The notes under the pieces were generated by a model. The model saw nothing but the letters and a program-made list of their open reading frames with translations. It was not told the origin of the DNA and did no database searches. Made by a program: the position numbers and the translations under genes. 64,000 nucleotides of DNA from Octopus vulgaris (taxonomy: Eukaryota), in NCBI GenBank assembly GCA_951406725.2, contig OX597820.1:126294001-126358000 (forward strand), in the 5' to 3' direction. Shown here piece by piece: positions 26,680-40,784 of this stretch. The stretch's first letter is position 1. The number at the start of each line of letters is the position of its first letter.

Positions 26680-27284
26680 CTTTAGATCGAAACAAAAAAT
26701 GGCGACCAGAGATCAGCAACTGGAATGTTCAAAGAAGAGGCACTCCGTAGGAATGATGATATTATTAAAACAGTACAGAGACCATCAAAAACCTGGCATG
26801 AAAAGTTTATTTATAAGTTACTATTCTCACACGAGGGGTGGAAAAGACACTATCCTTAGAAATATTTCAACGCAACAACTATAGACAAGGCCAGGAATTC
26901 CAAACTATTTCAGTAGGAAAATACTTTTTTAAGATATTTTCGTTTGCCTCCGGATAATTTTGCTTAAAGAATTTTAAATAGAATTTTATTTGATATTTTA
27001 AAGTAGTGAAATATATATTTAAATAACTTAATTTAGAATTTAGTTTTTATTTTGAAAGATAACCTGTATTCCCCTATTTACAAAAATACTGCTATCCCGT
27101 TCTGTTTTTTTTTACTTCTTCTTCTTCTTCAGCTTCTATTTCTTCTTCCTTCCCTCGTCTTCTTTTTATCATCTACTTCTCCTTCTCCCTCTTCTAGTTG
27201 CAGAGAACGCTGATGGGTAACGTTTGCGTTTGGTCGTGAGATTTGTGAGGTGGAGGGTTGAAGATGTAAGGGGGGGAAGGTGTT
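26680..27284 (-). other. Candidate non-coding first exon of a leftward-transcribed gene
   Basis: Non-repetitive sequence downstream of the TATA box, ending at a strong donor AAAG|GTAAGG (GT at 26679-26678). No long ATG-initiated ORF on this strand. Confidence 0.35.
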
Positions 27285-27385
27285 GTCTCTGACTAACTCG
27301 GCAATCCTTTTATAGGCAGACGGTAACATGAGGAGGTTCCTTCTGCGAGCCAATGGAGAGGTAAAGGGTGGGTGGTGGGTGGTTG
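27280..27385 (-). promoter_or_regulatory. Candidate Pol II promoter (CACCC boxes, CCAAT box, TATA box)
   Basis: TATAAAAG on the minus strand at 27314-27307; AGCCAATGG at 27348-27356, about -68 from a TSS near 27284; gggtgggtggtgggtgg at ~27366-27382. Spacing is canonical. Confidence 0.55.
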
Positions 27386-27848
27386 GAAGAAACAGAGTAA
27401 GATAGTCGAGAAATGAGGAATACGTAGGTAGGAGAAGAAAGGTAGAAATAGAGAAAGGCACTGCGGTGTAGTAAGCAGAGGGGTGAAAAGGATAAAAAGA
27501 AAAAAACAAATGTTAAAGAAAGAAATAAAGGTGAACTATATATCGAAAGAAAGTACGGAGTCGGCATTGTATTAATAGACTCTGAAAGTAATTCACAAGC
27601 TATGGATGGAATCGGTAAAGAATGGAAGAGAAGGGAAGGGAGAGAAAATAAACTTAAGAGGAGTTACTAAGTAAGATTGATAGTAGCAGACGATAACTGC
27701 CGTTTATTATTATTATGAAGTCGATGCTTAGTTTCAGAAGTAACTGTAAAAGTTAGACGAAATACCATAGAGTTTGTTAGGAGTTCCAGTTGGAGAGAGA
27801 AAAGAAAGGAGAAGAAAGTAAAAGCGAAAGAGTACCACGTACAAATAT

Positions 27849-27892
<44 letters not shown>

Positions 27893-27924
27893 GTGTGTGT
27901 GTATGCGTGTATCAGTATATCTTT

Positions 27925-28178
27925 AATCGTTTATTTTGCTGCAGTCATTAGACTGCGGTCATGCTGGGATACCGCCTTCAAGGTTTTAATCGAGCCAATC
28001 GGCCCCAGGACTTCTTTTTTTCAAAGCCTAGAACTTATTCTGTCGGTAACATTTGCTGAACCACTAAGTTACGGAGACATAAACACACACACACACACAC
28101 ACACGCATGCACACACACATACGCTTGCACACGCACTCACATGCATGCATACTCACACACACGGACACATATATGTGT

Positions 28179-28241
<63 letters not shown>

Positions 28242-28380
28242 TATATATATATACATATATATATATATACGACGGGCTTCTTTCGGTTTCCGTCTACGAA
28301 ATCCACTCGCAAGGCTTTGGCTGGCCCGAGGCTATACTACAAGACACTTACCCAAGCTACCACGCAATGGGACTGAACTT
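27925..28380 (-). mobile_element. Family C SINE with internal (CA)/(TA) microsatellite
   Basis: cagtcattagactgcgg.catgctgg ... gacgggcttctttcggtttccgtctac ... atgggactgaac. Confidence 0.85.
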
Positions 28381-28704
28381 ATATGTATGTGTATGTATGT
28401 CCTTTTTAAGTATCGATCCAGCGAAGTACTCAATGCTAAAGTAGAGTACCATAGGAGTAGGCTTGAGTTGGTGGCTGTATGCCATGGATACTAAAGAACA
28501 GGAGACGGGACTGGCTGAAACGCACACACATACACACACGCACGCACACATGAGTGTATGCGTGCCGCATAGATCCTGTGTAATAAATTCCACTCACAAG
28601 GTATTAGTCAGCACAACCCTCTAGTAGAATACGCTGGGTGCCACGTAGTGATATCGAACCTAGGCCATGTGATTTCCCATCGTCTTACTGTCTTCTTAAC
28701 AGTA

Positions 28705-28880
28705 GAATACGTCCGTATTTCGTCTGTCTTTACGTTCCGAGTTCAAATCTCGCCGAGCTCGACTTTGCCTTTCATCCCTTCGGGGTTAATGAATTAAGTA
28801 CCAATTGCTTACTGGGGTCGATATAATCGTCTGGGCCCCACCCCAAAAATCTCGGGCCTTGTGCCCAGAGTAGAAAAGAA
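28705..28880 (+). mobile_element. Family M SINE, 5'-truncated
   Basis: gagttcaaatctcgccgagctcgactttgcctttcatcccttcgggg...gggccttgtgcccagagtagaaaagaat. Confidence 0.8.
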
Positions 28881-29149
28881 TAGTGGAAAACGTCTTTTTA
28901 CTTTTCTGTCTCTTCTTCTTTTGGCGTGGAATGGTGGTAGATGTAATCACTTTATTGTTCAAAGTAAACCTGAGGCTGAAAGTTCGAATCCAGTTACAGT
29001 TTCATATTACATATTGTCTTCTAAGAATATATTTTTCTCCCATAGTGTATATCAGTCTTCAATGTAAAATAGAGAACGAAGGTTCGAATCTAGTTAAAGC
29101 TACGTTTTATATAGTGTGAATGCTTTTTCTTTATTTTGCATTAGCTGCA

Positions 29150-29320
29150 CAGGTGCAGGTGCAGCTGTGTAAAAGGAAGTTTGCTTCCCAGCCACGTGTT
29201 GCGTGGCAACATGGGCAAGTGTCTTCTACGGCCTCGGGCCAATTAAAGCTCTGAGTTTATTTGGTAGACGAAAACAAAAAGAAGCCCTTGTATACATGTG
29301 TGTATGTGTGTGCGTGTGTG

Positions 29321-29359
<39 letters not shown>

Positions 29360-29560
29360 GTGTGTGTGTATGTATGTGTCCTCCATCACCACTTGATAAC
29401 CGGTGTTGTTGTGTGTAGCGGTTCAGTAAAACAGACCGACAGAATAAGTACCAGGCTTTAAATAGTAAGTACTGGGATCGATTCGTTCGACTAAAATTCT
29501 TCAATGTGTTGCTGCAGCATGGCCGCAATCTGATGACTGAAACAAGTAAACGATAAAGAC
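29150..29560 (+). mobile_element. Family C SINE with internal (TG)n
   Basis: gggcaagtgtcttcta...ggtagacgaaaac..aaagaagccc-(TG)n-...gaataagtacc...tgactgaaacaagtaaa. Confidence 0.82.
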
Positions 29561-29897
29561 GCACACGATAAAAGTGAGCCGGTAGAAATTTTAGAGCAAC
29601 TGACAAACGATTTGGAGCATTTCTTTCGGCTTTTTACGTTCTGGGTCATCTAGCCTTTCAAAGTAAAAAAAAATAATAATAAAATAGCAGAGTAAACTAC
29701 AGGGGTGCTAACGATTAACGCCTTCCCCAGAAATTTTCAGGCCTTGTCCCTATGTTTGTTTTGTCATCCCTTGCCGGATTAGGAGGATTAAAGGCAAAGA
29801 AGCATATTAAGAAAGTTTCGAAAATCTTCCAGCATTGCTACAAGACATTGTTAGAGTTGATATGTCAATGTGTTGCTGACATCAATATCAAGTTAAA

Positions 29898-30360
29898 AGG
29901 CGGTGGGCTGGCATAATCGTTAGCACACGGGGGGAATATGCATAGCAGCATCCCACCCCACTTTACGTCCTGAGTTCTCATTCCGCCGAGGTCAGTTTTA
30001 CCTTTCATCCTTTCAGAGGCGATAACAAAAAAAAAAGAAAGAAAAGCATCAGTTGAGCCCTGGGGTTGATGTAATCGACTTATACCCTCTCATGAACTTG
30101 CTGGCCTTGTGCAAAAATCTGAAATCGATATCAATATCAAGTTAAAAGGCAGTGAACTGACAAAATCGTTAGCACGTCGGGCAAGATGCATAGCGGCTAT
30201 TCGCCCGTGTTTACGTTCTAAGTTCACATTCTGTTAAGGCCGGCTTTGCTTTACATAGTTTCGAAGTTGATAAAAAGTTGTACCAGTTGAACACTGGGGT
30301 CGATCTAATCTACTTGCTTCGTTCTCCGAAGTTGCAAGCCTTGTGCAAAAATTTGAAACC
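29898..30360 (+). mobile_element. Two tandem family M SINEs (29898-30126, 30148-30360)
   Basis: Both are preceded by atcaatatcaagttaaaaggc and share the head and central domain. The tail variant is ggccttgtgcaaaaat.tgaaa. Confidence 0.85.
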
Positions 30361-30901
30361 TTTGACCTCCAGATAAGCCTTACGAAAATGCGACTAAAAG
30401 CTAAATTAGAATCAGTAACGATATGAAACATGGAGCTTTCTGTTACTGCTTTGCATCCGAGACTATGTAAAAAAAAAAAAAAAATGAAATGAGATGCAGC
30501 ATATCACCTGAATTAAAGTACTGCAAGGGGTTTCTGTTTTCCTTTCTTTTTCATTGTCTTCCTTTTTTTATTTTTGTGGAATAACGCGCATTCTTCGAAA
30601 ACAAAACTCTCTATAAATCTGCAAGCGTTCACATACTACTTTGCTTCTCTACCACAGTGTATTCGCTCAGACGTACGGACATACATGCCCACACAAGAAA
30701 ACAAAAGACGATTCAGTAAGCAGCAATAGCATATTGTTAAGACTTTTCTGGAACGTGGCCAACAAACAGCATTGATTAAAACAATTTGTTAGCAAGTAAA
30801 AGTTACATAATCAAAAATACAATAATAGGCACAACGCGAGAAATTGGGTTGGTCGGCGATGGGGGTAACCAATTAAATTGGCCACAGTGCTTGATAGAGA
30901 G

Positions 30902-30933
<32 letters not shown>

Positions 30934-30937
30934 CACT

Positions 30938-31610
30938 TTTCTAATTTTGGAATAAGGCCAGCAATTTTTAGAAGGCGGCGTAAGTCGATTACACCTCCAC
31001 CTCTTTGACTGGAATATTATTTTATTGATGTCGAAAGTATGAAAAGCAAAGTCAACCTCAGCGGCATTTGAACTCGGAATGCAAAAAGGTGAAACGCATA
31101 ATGCAAAGTAATTTTTCCTATGTTCTAGTGATTCTGACTATTCACTCTTTTTAGTAACAATAATAATACTATAGGCTGGAGACCTGGAATTTTGGAAGAG
31201 GGAGCTAGTCGATTACACCGACCCCAGTGGTAACTGGTACTAATTTCATCGACCCCGAAAGGATGAAAAGAAAAGTCGACCTCGGCGGAATTTGAACTCA
31301 GAACGTAAAAACCGATGAAATGCTGCTAAGCGTTTTGCCCGGCGTGCTAACGATTCTGCCAACTCACCGCCTTGTCTCTCTTCAGTAATAATAAGAATCC
31401 TTCGTACTATAGGTTCAAGGCCTGGAATTTTGGAGGAAGAAGCTAGTCGATTATATCCACTCCAGTGTTCAACTGGTACTTATTTTATCGACCCCTAAAG
31501 GGTGAAAGGTAAAGTCAATTTCAGGGGAATTTTAACTCAGAACGTAAAGACGGACGAAATGCCGCTGGGCATTCCGCCCGGTTTACTAACGATTCTGCCA
31601 GCTCGCCGCC

Positions 31611-31658
<48 letters not shown>

Positions 31659-31660
31659 TT
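30938..31660 (-). mobile_element. Three head-to-tail family M SINEs separated by (AAT)n
   Basis: atcgacccc.aaagg.tgaaa...aaagtc.a.ctc.gcgg.atttgaactc repeated at ~31025, 31248 and 31486. Confidence 0.88.
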
Positions 31661-33227
31661 AATTTCTTCTATGACCACAAGGGCCCAAGGCATCGAGGAC
31701 AGTATCAAAGGACGAGTTACAACACACAAAAATAAAAGCACAAAACAAAAATAGGTGGGGTTTACACCGATCAAATGGAGACACTACCACGTTAAAAGTT
31801 ATAACAAAGGGTATGTAATGGAAATTAGGGAAATAATTGTTTGTTCGAATTGGGCCCGCGCCACTTTAGGGTTCCGCGCACACGCTCGAGAGGAGGATGC
31901 TAGGATGAATTAACCCCTTTGACTGCGTCAAGTAAAAATATCCACACGATTCTTTTTATAAAGATTTCCGGACAATGGACAAGAGTTAAAATAATAAAAT
32001 AAGAACGGTAATAAACAAGTGAAGAAAAAGTATATTGTGCGTGTGTTTATTTACCAAAAAAGAAAAAATTGACCGTCCCGAAATATAAGTTTCTTTTTAT
32101 CTTTTCGTACGACAAACGAATTTACCTCTTCACTTTAGAAAAACGGCTTATTTAACTACGATATCTATTTTCTGCGAAATGAGTGCCTGGCAACGACATA
32201 AAGGCACCATAATCAGCTCAGTCCAGTTATCTCAACAAGCACAAGGCCTATTCACAATATGTCTGTCATCATCTTGACTTGCAATAAAGCATTAAAACTT
32301 TCCTTTGAGTTTTCAATTTTTAGTATAGTATTGTGGCTAGTGGTGAAACCTCAAGCCCTCAACGCTTTTTGGCTGGGACTGGCGTACTACATGAAAAATA
32401 AAAACCTCAATCTTCAGCTTTTGTAGAGTAGAGGGACCCCCAACAATTCTCTAATTGGGTCCTGTACTTCTTAGCACCGACCCTGCTTGTGACTGTTTCT
32501 CTTCACTATCTTTGGTGTTTTGGTGTTACAATTTCTAACTTCCTTCCAAACTCTATGACACACTGCTTAAGTCAGAAATAGCTATCATTTAACAAAGTGT
32601 GATTATTATTTGCCAAAGTGTAAATAATAGTTATTTTGTATAGAGAGAAATGTGTATGACATTATAGTGCTTCTCCAACAAAAAAAAAATGCCAAAAGAA
32701 AATGGAGTTAGGTTTAAAAAAAAAGGGGGAAGAAAGGACGGGCTGGAGGTGGGGAAAGTAGGGGAAATAGTAAAGAGATACGTTTGTAAAATTCTACCGT
32801 TTATTTTTTCTCTACTTTTGATACGATCCTTTCATCTTGTATTTCCGCTTATTTCCCATTTTGATTAATTGTTTCAAAAACACAAATAAAAACGACCCTT
32901 TCTAAGTGTACGTACGTAGAAAAATACATGTATAGATACGTACGAACACACTTTCACACATAAAGAAAATATTTCTATACACGTATGCGAATGCGCATGT
33001 GTATGTTTAGTATGTATGTTTTTTACGTATGTGTATGTATATGTATATGTAAATATATATGTATATATATATACACATATAATATATATGTATGTATGTT
33101 TATGTACATATATGTATATTATACATATAGATCGATCGATAGTTAGACAGATGTGTAGATGTGTGGGTATTTGTGTGTGTGTGAGTGTGGGAGATGGCAT
33201 ATGTGCGCGCGTGTATGTGCGTGCGTG

Positions 33228-33281
<54 letters not shown>

Positions 33282-33708
33282 CGTGCGTGTGTAACTACCT
33301 TTCCACGATTTAAAATGTTACGCTAGACAGAGCATTCTTCAGCAGAACATGATTCAAAAGAAGGTTTACACACAAACAACAGTTTTATTTTAGTGTATAG
33401 AAAGTGTTGCATGATTAGTGTTTGAAGCAAAACCTCCGAACTGCAGCAATATGATATCTGAGATATTCATAAACATATCAAATATGATACGTTGAGTATT
33501 TCCAATATAGTTAGTAAACCCAAACGTTCGCATACATACACACTCATGTGCGCTTGCACCTGCGCATGCACACACGTACACTTGCACACGTGGATATTCA
33601 TGGTAAGATATACACACATTCATGCGTACATACATTTACACGTACATATATTCATATACGCATAAACACATACATATTCTATGTGTGTTGTGTGTATGCA
33701 CGTATGTG

Positions 33709-33770
<62 letters not shown>

Positions 33771-33910
33771 CGAGTACATATATATAGATATGTAGACATA
33801 TATATTAGCAAGCTTTCATACTCATAAACACACATGGACGCGCGCGCACACACACGCACACACACACATATATATACGTTCAAACTTGTAACCACACGTA
33901 CATATAAATA

Positions 33911-34370
<460 letters not shown>

Positions 34371-35472
34371 TATAAACAAACAAAATATATATATAGATAG
34401 ATAGATAGATACATACATACATACATACATACATACATACATACATACATTCATACATACATACAATCATTCAAACTTACACTCATATATCCATTCACAT
34501 TTAAACATGCATACAGTTATACATACATACATACATACATACATACATACATACATACATACATACATACATACATACATACATACATACATACATACAT
34601 ACATACATACATACTTGCATACATACATACATACATACATACATACTTGCATACATACAGCTGTGCCTACTAACCTTACTAGCCTTTAGTAAGTCATCTT
34701 GTACAGAAATCTTTATCGAAAACTTAGTGTCAAGATGTCAAGAATGCACTCTCTTTGTGGTAAATATGCTTGCAAGAAATCTCAGCCAAATCTCCCTTAC
34801 ATCATTCTCTGCCACAAGTGATAAAATCCTTAATCCAGTTTGTTTGAAAATTATGGGATAGTCATGGCAGGAAATCCTTTGATCAGATATGTGTTCGTTT
34901 AGACCTTTCTTGGGGTTGAAAATCAACAGCTCAGTATTATTGATTTCTTATACAGGCAAAGAAATGCCTTTAAATTTAGGACAGAGTATAATCAATTGTT
35001 TCGAACACTTGTACTTTACAAGTACAGATGATATCAATTTCATAAAGGTTAAAAATGAAGTTTGCCCCAACGGTATTTGATCGAATAAGGCAAAAAAAAA
35101 TACGAAAGAAAAACTTTAACTTGAAATACTTCAAGGAATTTGTCTGATGTTATAATGATTTGATTTATGAACCAAAACAAAAAAAAAACCCCAAATAATG
35201 CTATTTTCTACCAACAACCACCTACATAGCTTCATTCTCTTCTGAAGTTCGTTCATGATACATGAATAAAGCTGTCGACAAACTGGGTATTGCCAAGCTT
35301 CTGACATTGAGAACATGCGTATGTGCGCGCGCATGCACGCTTACATATATATATATATGTGAAAAAATGGAATTGAACGACTACTTAACAAATATCCTTT
35401 ATTCCTGACATATGTTTTGAAGGCTGCATATTCGAATTATCCTTAATAAGATAATTCATTCAACTACTCAAA

Positions 35473-35526
<54 letters not shown>

Positions 35527-35527
35527 C

Positions 35528-35558
<31 letters not shown>

Positions 35559-35569
35559 CATATATATAC

Positions 35570-35653
<84 letters not shown>

Positions 35654-35862
35654 ATGTGTGTATTAAAGCGGTGCGAGCTGGTAGAAACGTTAGCTTAGCG
35701 GTATTTCGTCTGTCTTATGCTCTGAGTTCAAATTCTACTGTAGTCGACCTTGCCTTTCATCTTTTCGGGGTCGATAAATTAAATACCAGTTGCGCACTGC
35801 GGTCGATCTAATTGACTGGCTTCCTCTCTCAAATTTTCGCGCCATGTACATAGAGTAGGGAA

Positions 35863-35970
<108 letters not shown>

Positions 35971-36159
35971 TGCTGGCAATGACACAGTATTTTGCTTGGC
36001 AGCCATAATATATTATCAAGTCTTTTAGAGGTTTACTTGCCAATATTGTGCCAACAATTAATTCACACGTTCAAGTTGCTAGGAATGCATTTAATATGTA
36101 ATTTGTTTATCAATTGTGTCAGGATCAATGTGTTTGTGGATAAATGATCAGTTAGATAT

Positions 36160-36204
36160 GGTGCTGATGAAAGAGCAATAACTCTCGAAATATGCATATA
36201 CGCT
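36160..36204 (+). ncRNA. Minimal type I hammerhead ribozyme (Penelope-type), near intact
   Basis: Helix I ggtg/cgct; CTGATGA 36164-70; helix II a-AGAG-caataa-CTCT-c; GAAA 36187-90; helix III within palindrome ATATGCATAT. Predicted cleavage after AUA at 36200. Confidence 0.7.
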
Positions 36205-36597
36205 CATTACCTCTCTTTTTCTTTTAACTCCGATCGCATTATTTACATAGAGGTATTCGCTTGCGAAACGTCTTAAATTTTAGTGCTGGCTCTTAATTCT
36301 ATAGAAAATCCATAGGGACAAATTTGAAAGTGAGAATATCGCACTGCTGACACAAGATAAGGCAAGAATAACGAGCACCCTTTCACAGCCCTGTAAGTAT
36401 TATCATGCTTATATATAAAAAAAAGAGCAAACAATATATTTGCTGGTGTGTGCAAAGCAAGGAAGCACGCATACACTAACACCTACACACGCCCACATTT
36501 TAAGTGAATATGTGTCAAATCATATATGCATGTGTGTGTGCGCGCGCGCAAGCATGGTAAAAACGTATGACCCAGTGTATACATATATACATATATT

Positions 36598-36648
<51 letters not shown>

Positions 36649-36761
36649 TACGGGAAGGTAATCACGCCAGCACCGGTTATCAAGTGGTGGTGCAAAACAA
36701 ACAGATCCAAACACACACACACATATTTATATATATATGTGTATATGTGTGTGTGTGTGTG

Positions 36762-36839
<78 letters not shown>

Positions 36840-37104
36840 CGTGTGTACGTATACATGAGTGTGTCTGTATTTGTGTTTGTCCACCACCACCTCTTGAAAA
36901 GCAGTTTTGGTTTGTTTACGTTCTCGTAACTTAATGATTCATCAGAAGAGAACGATAAAATAAGTAGCTGGCTTTAAAAATAACTACTGGTGTCGATTCC
37001 TAGAAAGAAATCCTTCAAGCTGTTACTCCAGTATGGCCACTGTCCAGTGACTGAAACAAATCGAAGAGATAAAGATTTTAAATCATTTATTATACTGTAT
37101 AACA

Positions 37105-37548
37105 CGGTTTTTGTCCTTGGGTAGCCAGTTATTTCCTATTTACTTGCCCCTAGAAAGTAGGAAAAAGGGTTAATATTTCCTTCAAATTTTGCTTTTGTTA
37201 CAATATTTATTCAAACCCCCAAAGAATCCCTCTCAACACATGGCTGTGATGCTCCCCTACTACTCCTGATCTTGATCAGAGATGCACATATTGTTAACCA
37301 CTAAGAGACATGCTCAAGCAACTGACAAGCAAATCTGTCGTATTAAGCAGAATATTTGCCATAACGATAGTTCTGCTTTAACAACTCCGAGCTAAACCTG
37401 TCTGAAATATAATGGACAATAGATCAGTTTCAAAACATTGATATCCAGGTCACAAGAGCAAAGTTTGATGGGAATGGTAGTCATTTTCTTTGATTTATAG
37501 CTAGAAGCAAATAGGAAATAACACTGATTGGCCAAAGAGGAAAAAAAT
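37105..37548. mobile_element. MITE-like element with ~40-bp imperfect terminal inverted repeats
   Basis: cagttatttcctatttactt (37126-) versus aagcaaataggaaataacactg (-37526); similarity extends outward to ttttgtccttgg / ccaaagaggaaaaa. Confidence 0.55.
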
Positions 37549-37619
37549 TTAATTTCTTACACAATATTATCTGACAATGAATGAATTGTACACAAATTAT
37601 GTGATGGAATTACATATAT

Positions 37620-37925
37620 ATAGAAAAAATATCACAATTTATTCAATATCATTATGAAAGCAATTAAGCCCTCTTCCCCCCAAAAATTACTAATTGAATC
37701 TTTCCTATGGCTTTTTTGTGTAACCTTTTCTGTGGTGTTTTTCTGTATTTTTTTTACGTATGACACTTTCCTTCTATGACTATTTTCTCTTGTATTCGAT
37801 AAAAAACATGTAAAAACCTATTCAATATATAATTATTTAACAAAGACAGAATTTCCGTCTTTAACCAGCTTCATCTTCAGATCTTCATACAGATTAATTA
37901 CTGACGCACATGTAAATTAAATGAC
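37620..37925 (+). repeat. Unclassified dispersed repeat family E
   Basis: aaaatcac.atttatt.aatatc...aaagcaattaa ... agcttcatcttcagatct.cata.agatta, also at 40040-40283, 40545-40910 and partially at 51012-51105. Confidence 0.7.
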
Positions 37926-38092
37926 GTCATCGGATCGTGGGATGTACTTCTGCGTTGCCAGGCGACGTTAGACACGATTATCGAATAAATTTTTAGAGCT
38001 CCAGAGGAATGCTTATTCTTATATATACGAACAGCCAACAGTAAAATTGTTGGTGTGCCTAAAGCAAGCGCGCAAGCAGACAAACACACACT

Positions 38093-38157
<65 letters not shown>

Positions 38158-38271
38158 ACACATACATACACACATACATTGAAAAATGTCATCCCTGGCA
38201 TACAAAAAGATGGGAATTTTATGACTGTCGTATTTGAACATACGGTTGCTTGATCATTGGTCCACTATTAC

Positions 38272-38820
<549 letters not shown>

Positions 38821-39061
38821 GTCTTGCAACAAATTCTCTCGCGCTTGTGTGTATTTGTGTGTGTGCACGCACGTGAATGTGCGTGATTTGTATATTTTCT
38901 ATATATGTATCTACTATAATAATACTCTTGTGCTTTTCTCCGTCACAGCATATGAATGAGAAAGGAAGGGGTGATCGATGACTAAGGAAGGAAAATGTGA
39001 TGGCAAACTTGGTAGTGAGATGATGGAAGTTCTACGGTGAAAAAAAATCAAACAGCGTTTC

Positions 39062-39330
39062 AACTGTGCGTGAGGGAACACAAAGGAGTGACAGAGAGAG
39101 AGAGGAGAAATGGAAAGACAAGAAAAGACGTCAACAAGAAACTATGACATTACAACCAGCCAGGCAAGGTCTTCGCTACATTTGCGGCACCTGCCAGAGG
39201 GAGTGTTTGGCCAGGATAGGACTACACAGCCACAGCAGGAGATGTATTAAGATATGAAATATATAAGCCGGACTAGATTATTTTATGCGCAACTCCATTG
39301 TCTCCCGAGACAAAAAGGATACCAACAATT
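39062..39330 (+). mobile_element. RTE-clade LINE 3' fragment, copy 1 (includes 3' UTR)
   Basis: YICGTCQRECLARIGLHSHSRRC zinc-finger end, then an RTE-type 3' end ccattgtctcccgagac...ggatacca. Confidence 0.85.
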
Positions 39331-39463
39331 ACCTGACGGTAGATGAAACTACAATTTTAAATGATTACATCGACCCCTGCCTCCTTGAATGGTACTTTAT
39401 TTTATCGACCCCGAAAGGAAGAAAAGCAAAGTCGACCTCAGTGGTATTTGAACTTACAAACAC

Positions 39464-39870
39464 GTGTGAGATGGCTTGGACATGTTAGCCGTATGGAAGA
39501 TGGCAAAATCCTCAAGGGCATACTCTACGGAGAGCTTGCTAGGGGCACTAGGTCTGTGGGAAGACCGTTCTTACGATACGAGGATGTTTGCAAAAGGGAC
39601 ATGAAGGCCTGCAACATCAATATTAGCAACTGGGAAGCAGTTACCAGCAACCGTGGAGATTGGCGACGTACTGTAAAAGAGGGAACACAAAGGAGTGACA
39701 GAGAGAGAGAGGAGAAATGGAAAGACAAGAAAAGACGTCAACCAGAAAAAAACTATGACATTACAACCAGCCAGGCAAAGTCTTCGCTACATTTGCGGCA
39801 CCTGCCAGAGGGAGTGTTTGTCCAGGATAGGACTACACAGCCACAGCAGGAGATGTATTAAGATATGAAA
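39464..39870 (+). pseudogene. RTE-clade LINE ORF2 C-terminal fragment, copy 2
   Basis: RWLGHVSRMEDGKILKGILYGEL..G.RSVGRP.LRYEDVCKRDMK....I..WE....R..WR, typical of RTE. Frameshifted before the zinc finger; 39670-39870 is near-identical to copy 1. Confidence 0.9.
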
Positions 39871-39875
39871 GGTAT

Positions 39876-40710
39876 AAGTCGACCTCAGTATTTCACTGGA
39901 ATTTGAATTATCGATCCCGAAAGGATCAAACCAAAGTCGACTTCGGCAGCATTGGAGCTCAGAACGGTAAAGGCGGAAAAATCGTAATGATTCTGCCAGC
40001 TCGCGGCCTTACACAATTTATATACTGGAAATACTTGTGCGTGGAAAAAATCACGATTTATTTAATATCGTAATTAAAGCAATTAAACAACAACAAAAAT
40101 TTTAAAAAACGTGTTTTCCTGTAGCTTTTTCCGGTGAATTTCTCGGTGACTTTTTTTCCAGTAATTGTTTATATGCGACTTACTAATCACGTTTATTTTG
40201 TTTTGTTTTGTTTTGTTTTGTTGTTGTTGTTTGTTTTTTCTTCTTTTTCATTCGACAAAAACATGAAATATTATTAAACATCTTGTCCGGAGTGGTAACG
40301 ATTCTGACAGCTCGCTACCTGCACACAATATAACGGTTTGAAATGTTGGCACAGGGCCTGTAGATTTTGAGGGAGGGAGAAGTCGACCTCAGTATTCCAC
40401 TGGAATTTGAATTATCGATCTCGAAAGGATCAAACCAAAGTCGACTTCGGCAGCATTGGATCTCAGAACGTAAAGGCGGAAAAATCGTAATGATTCTGCC
40501 AGCTCGCGGCCTTACACAATTTATATACTGGAAATACTTGTGCGTGGAAAAAATCACGATTTATTTAATATCGTAATTAAAGCAATTAAACAAAAATAAA
40601 AAAAAATTAAGAAACGTGTTTTCCTGTAGCTTTTTCCGGTGAATTTCTCGGTGACTTTTTTTCCAGTAATTGTTTATATGCGACTTACTAATCACGTTTA
40701 TTTTGTTTTG

Positions 40711-40741
<31 letters not shown>

Positions 40742-40784
40742 CTTCTTTTTCATTCGACAAAAACATGAAATATTATTCAACATC
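39876..40784. repeat. Local tandem duplication (~405 bp, 504-bp period)
   Basis: 39876-40283 is near-identical to 40380-40784; the unit holds a family M SINE fragment and family E repeat. Confidence 0.93.

Noticed and set aside
32430-32485. hAT-like terminus (...gcaccgaccctg)
   Set aside because: No partner TIR or TSD found.
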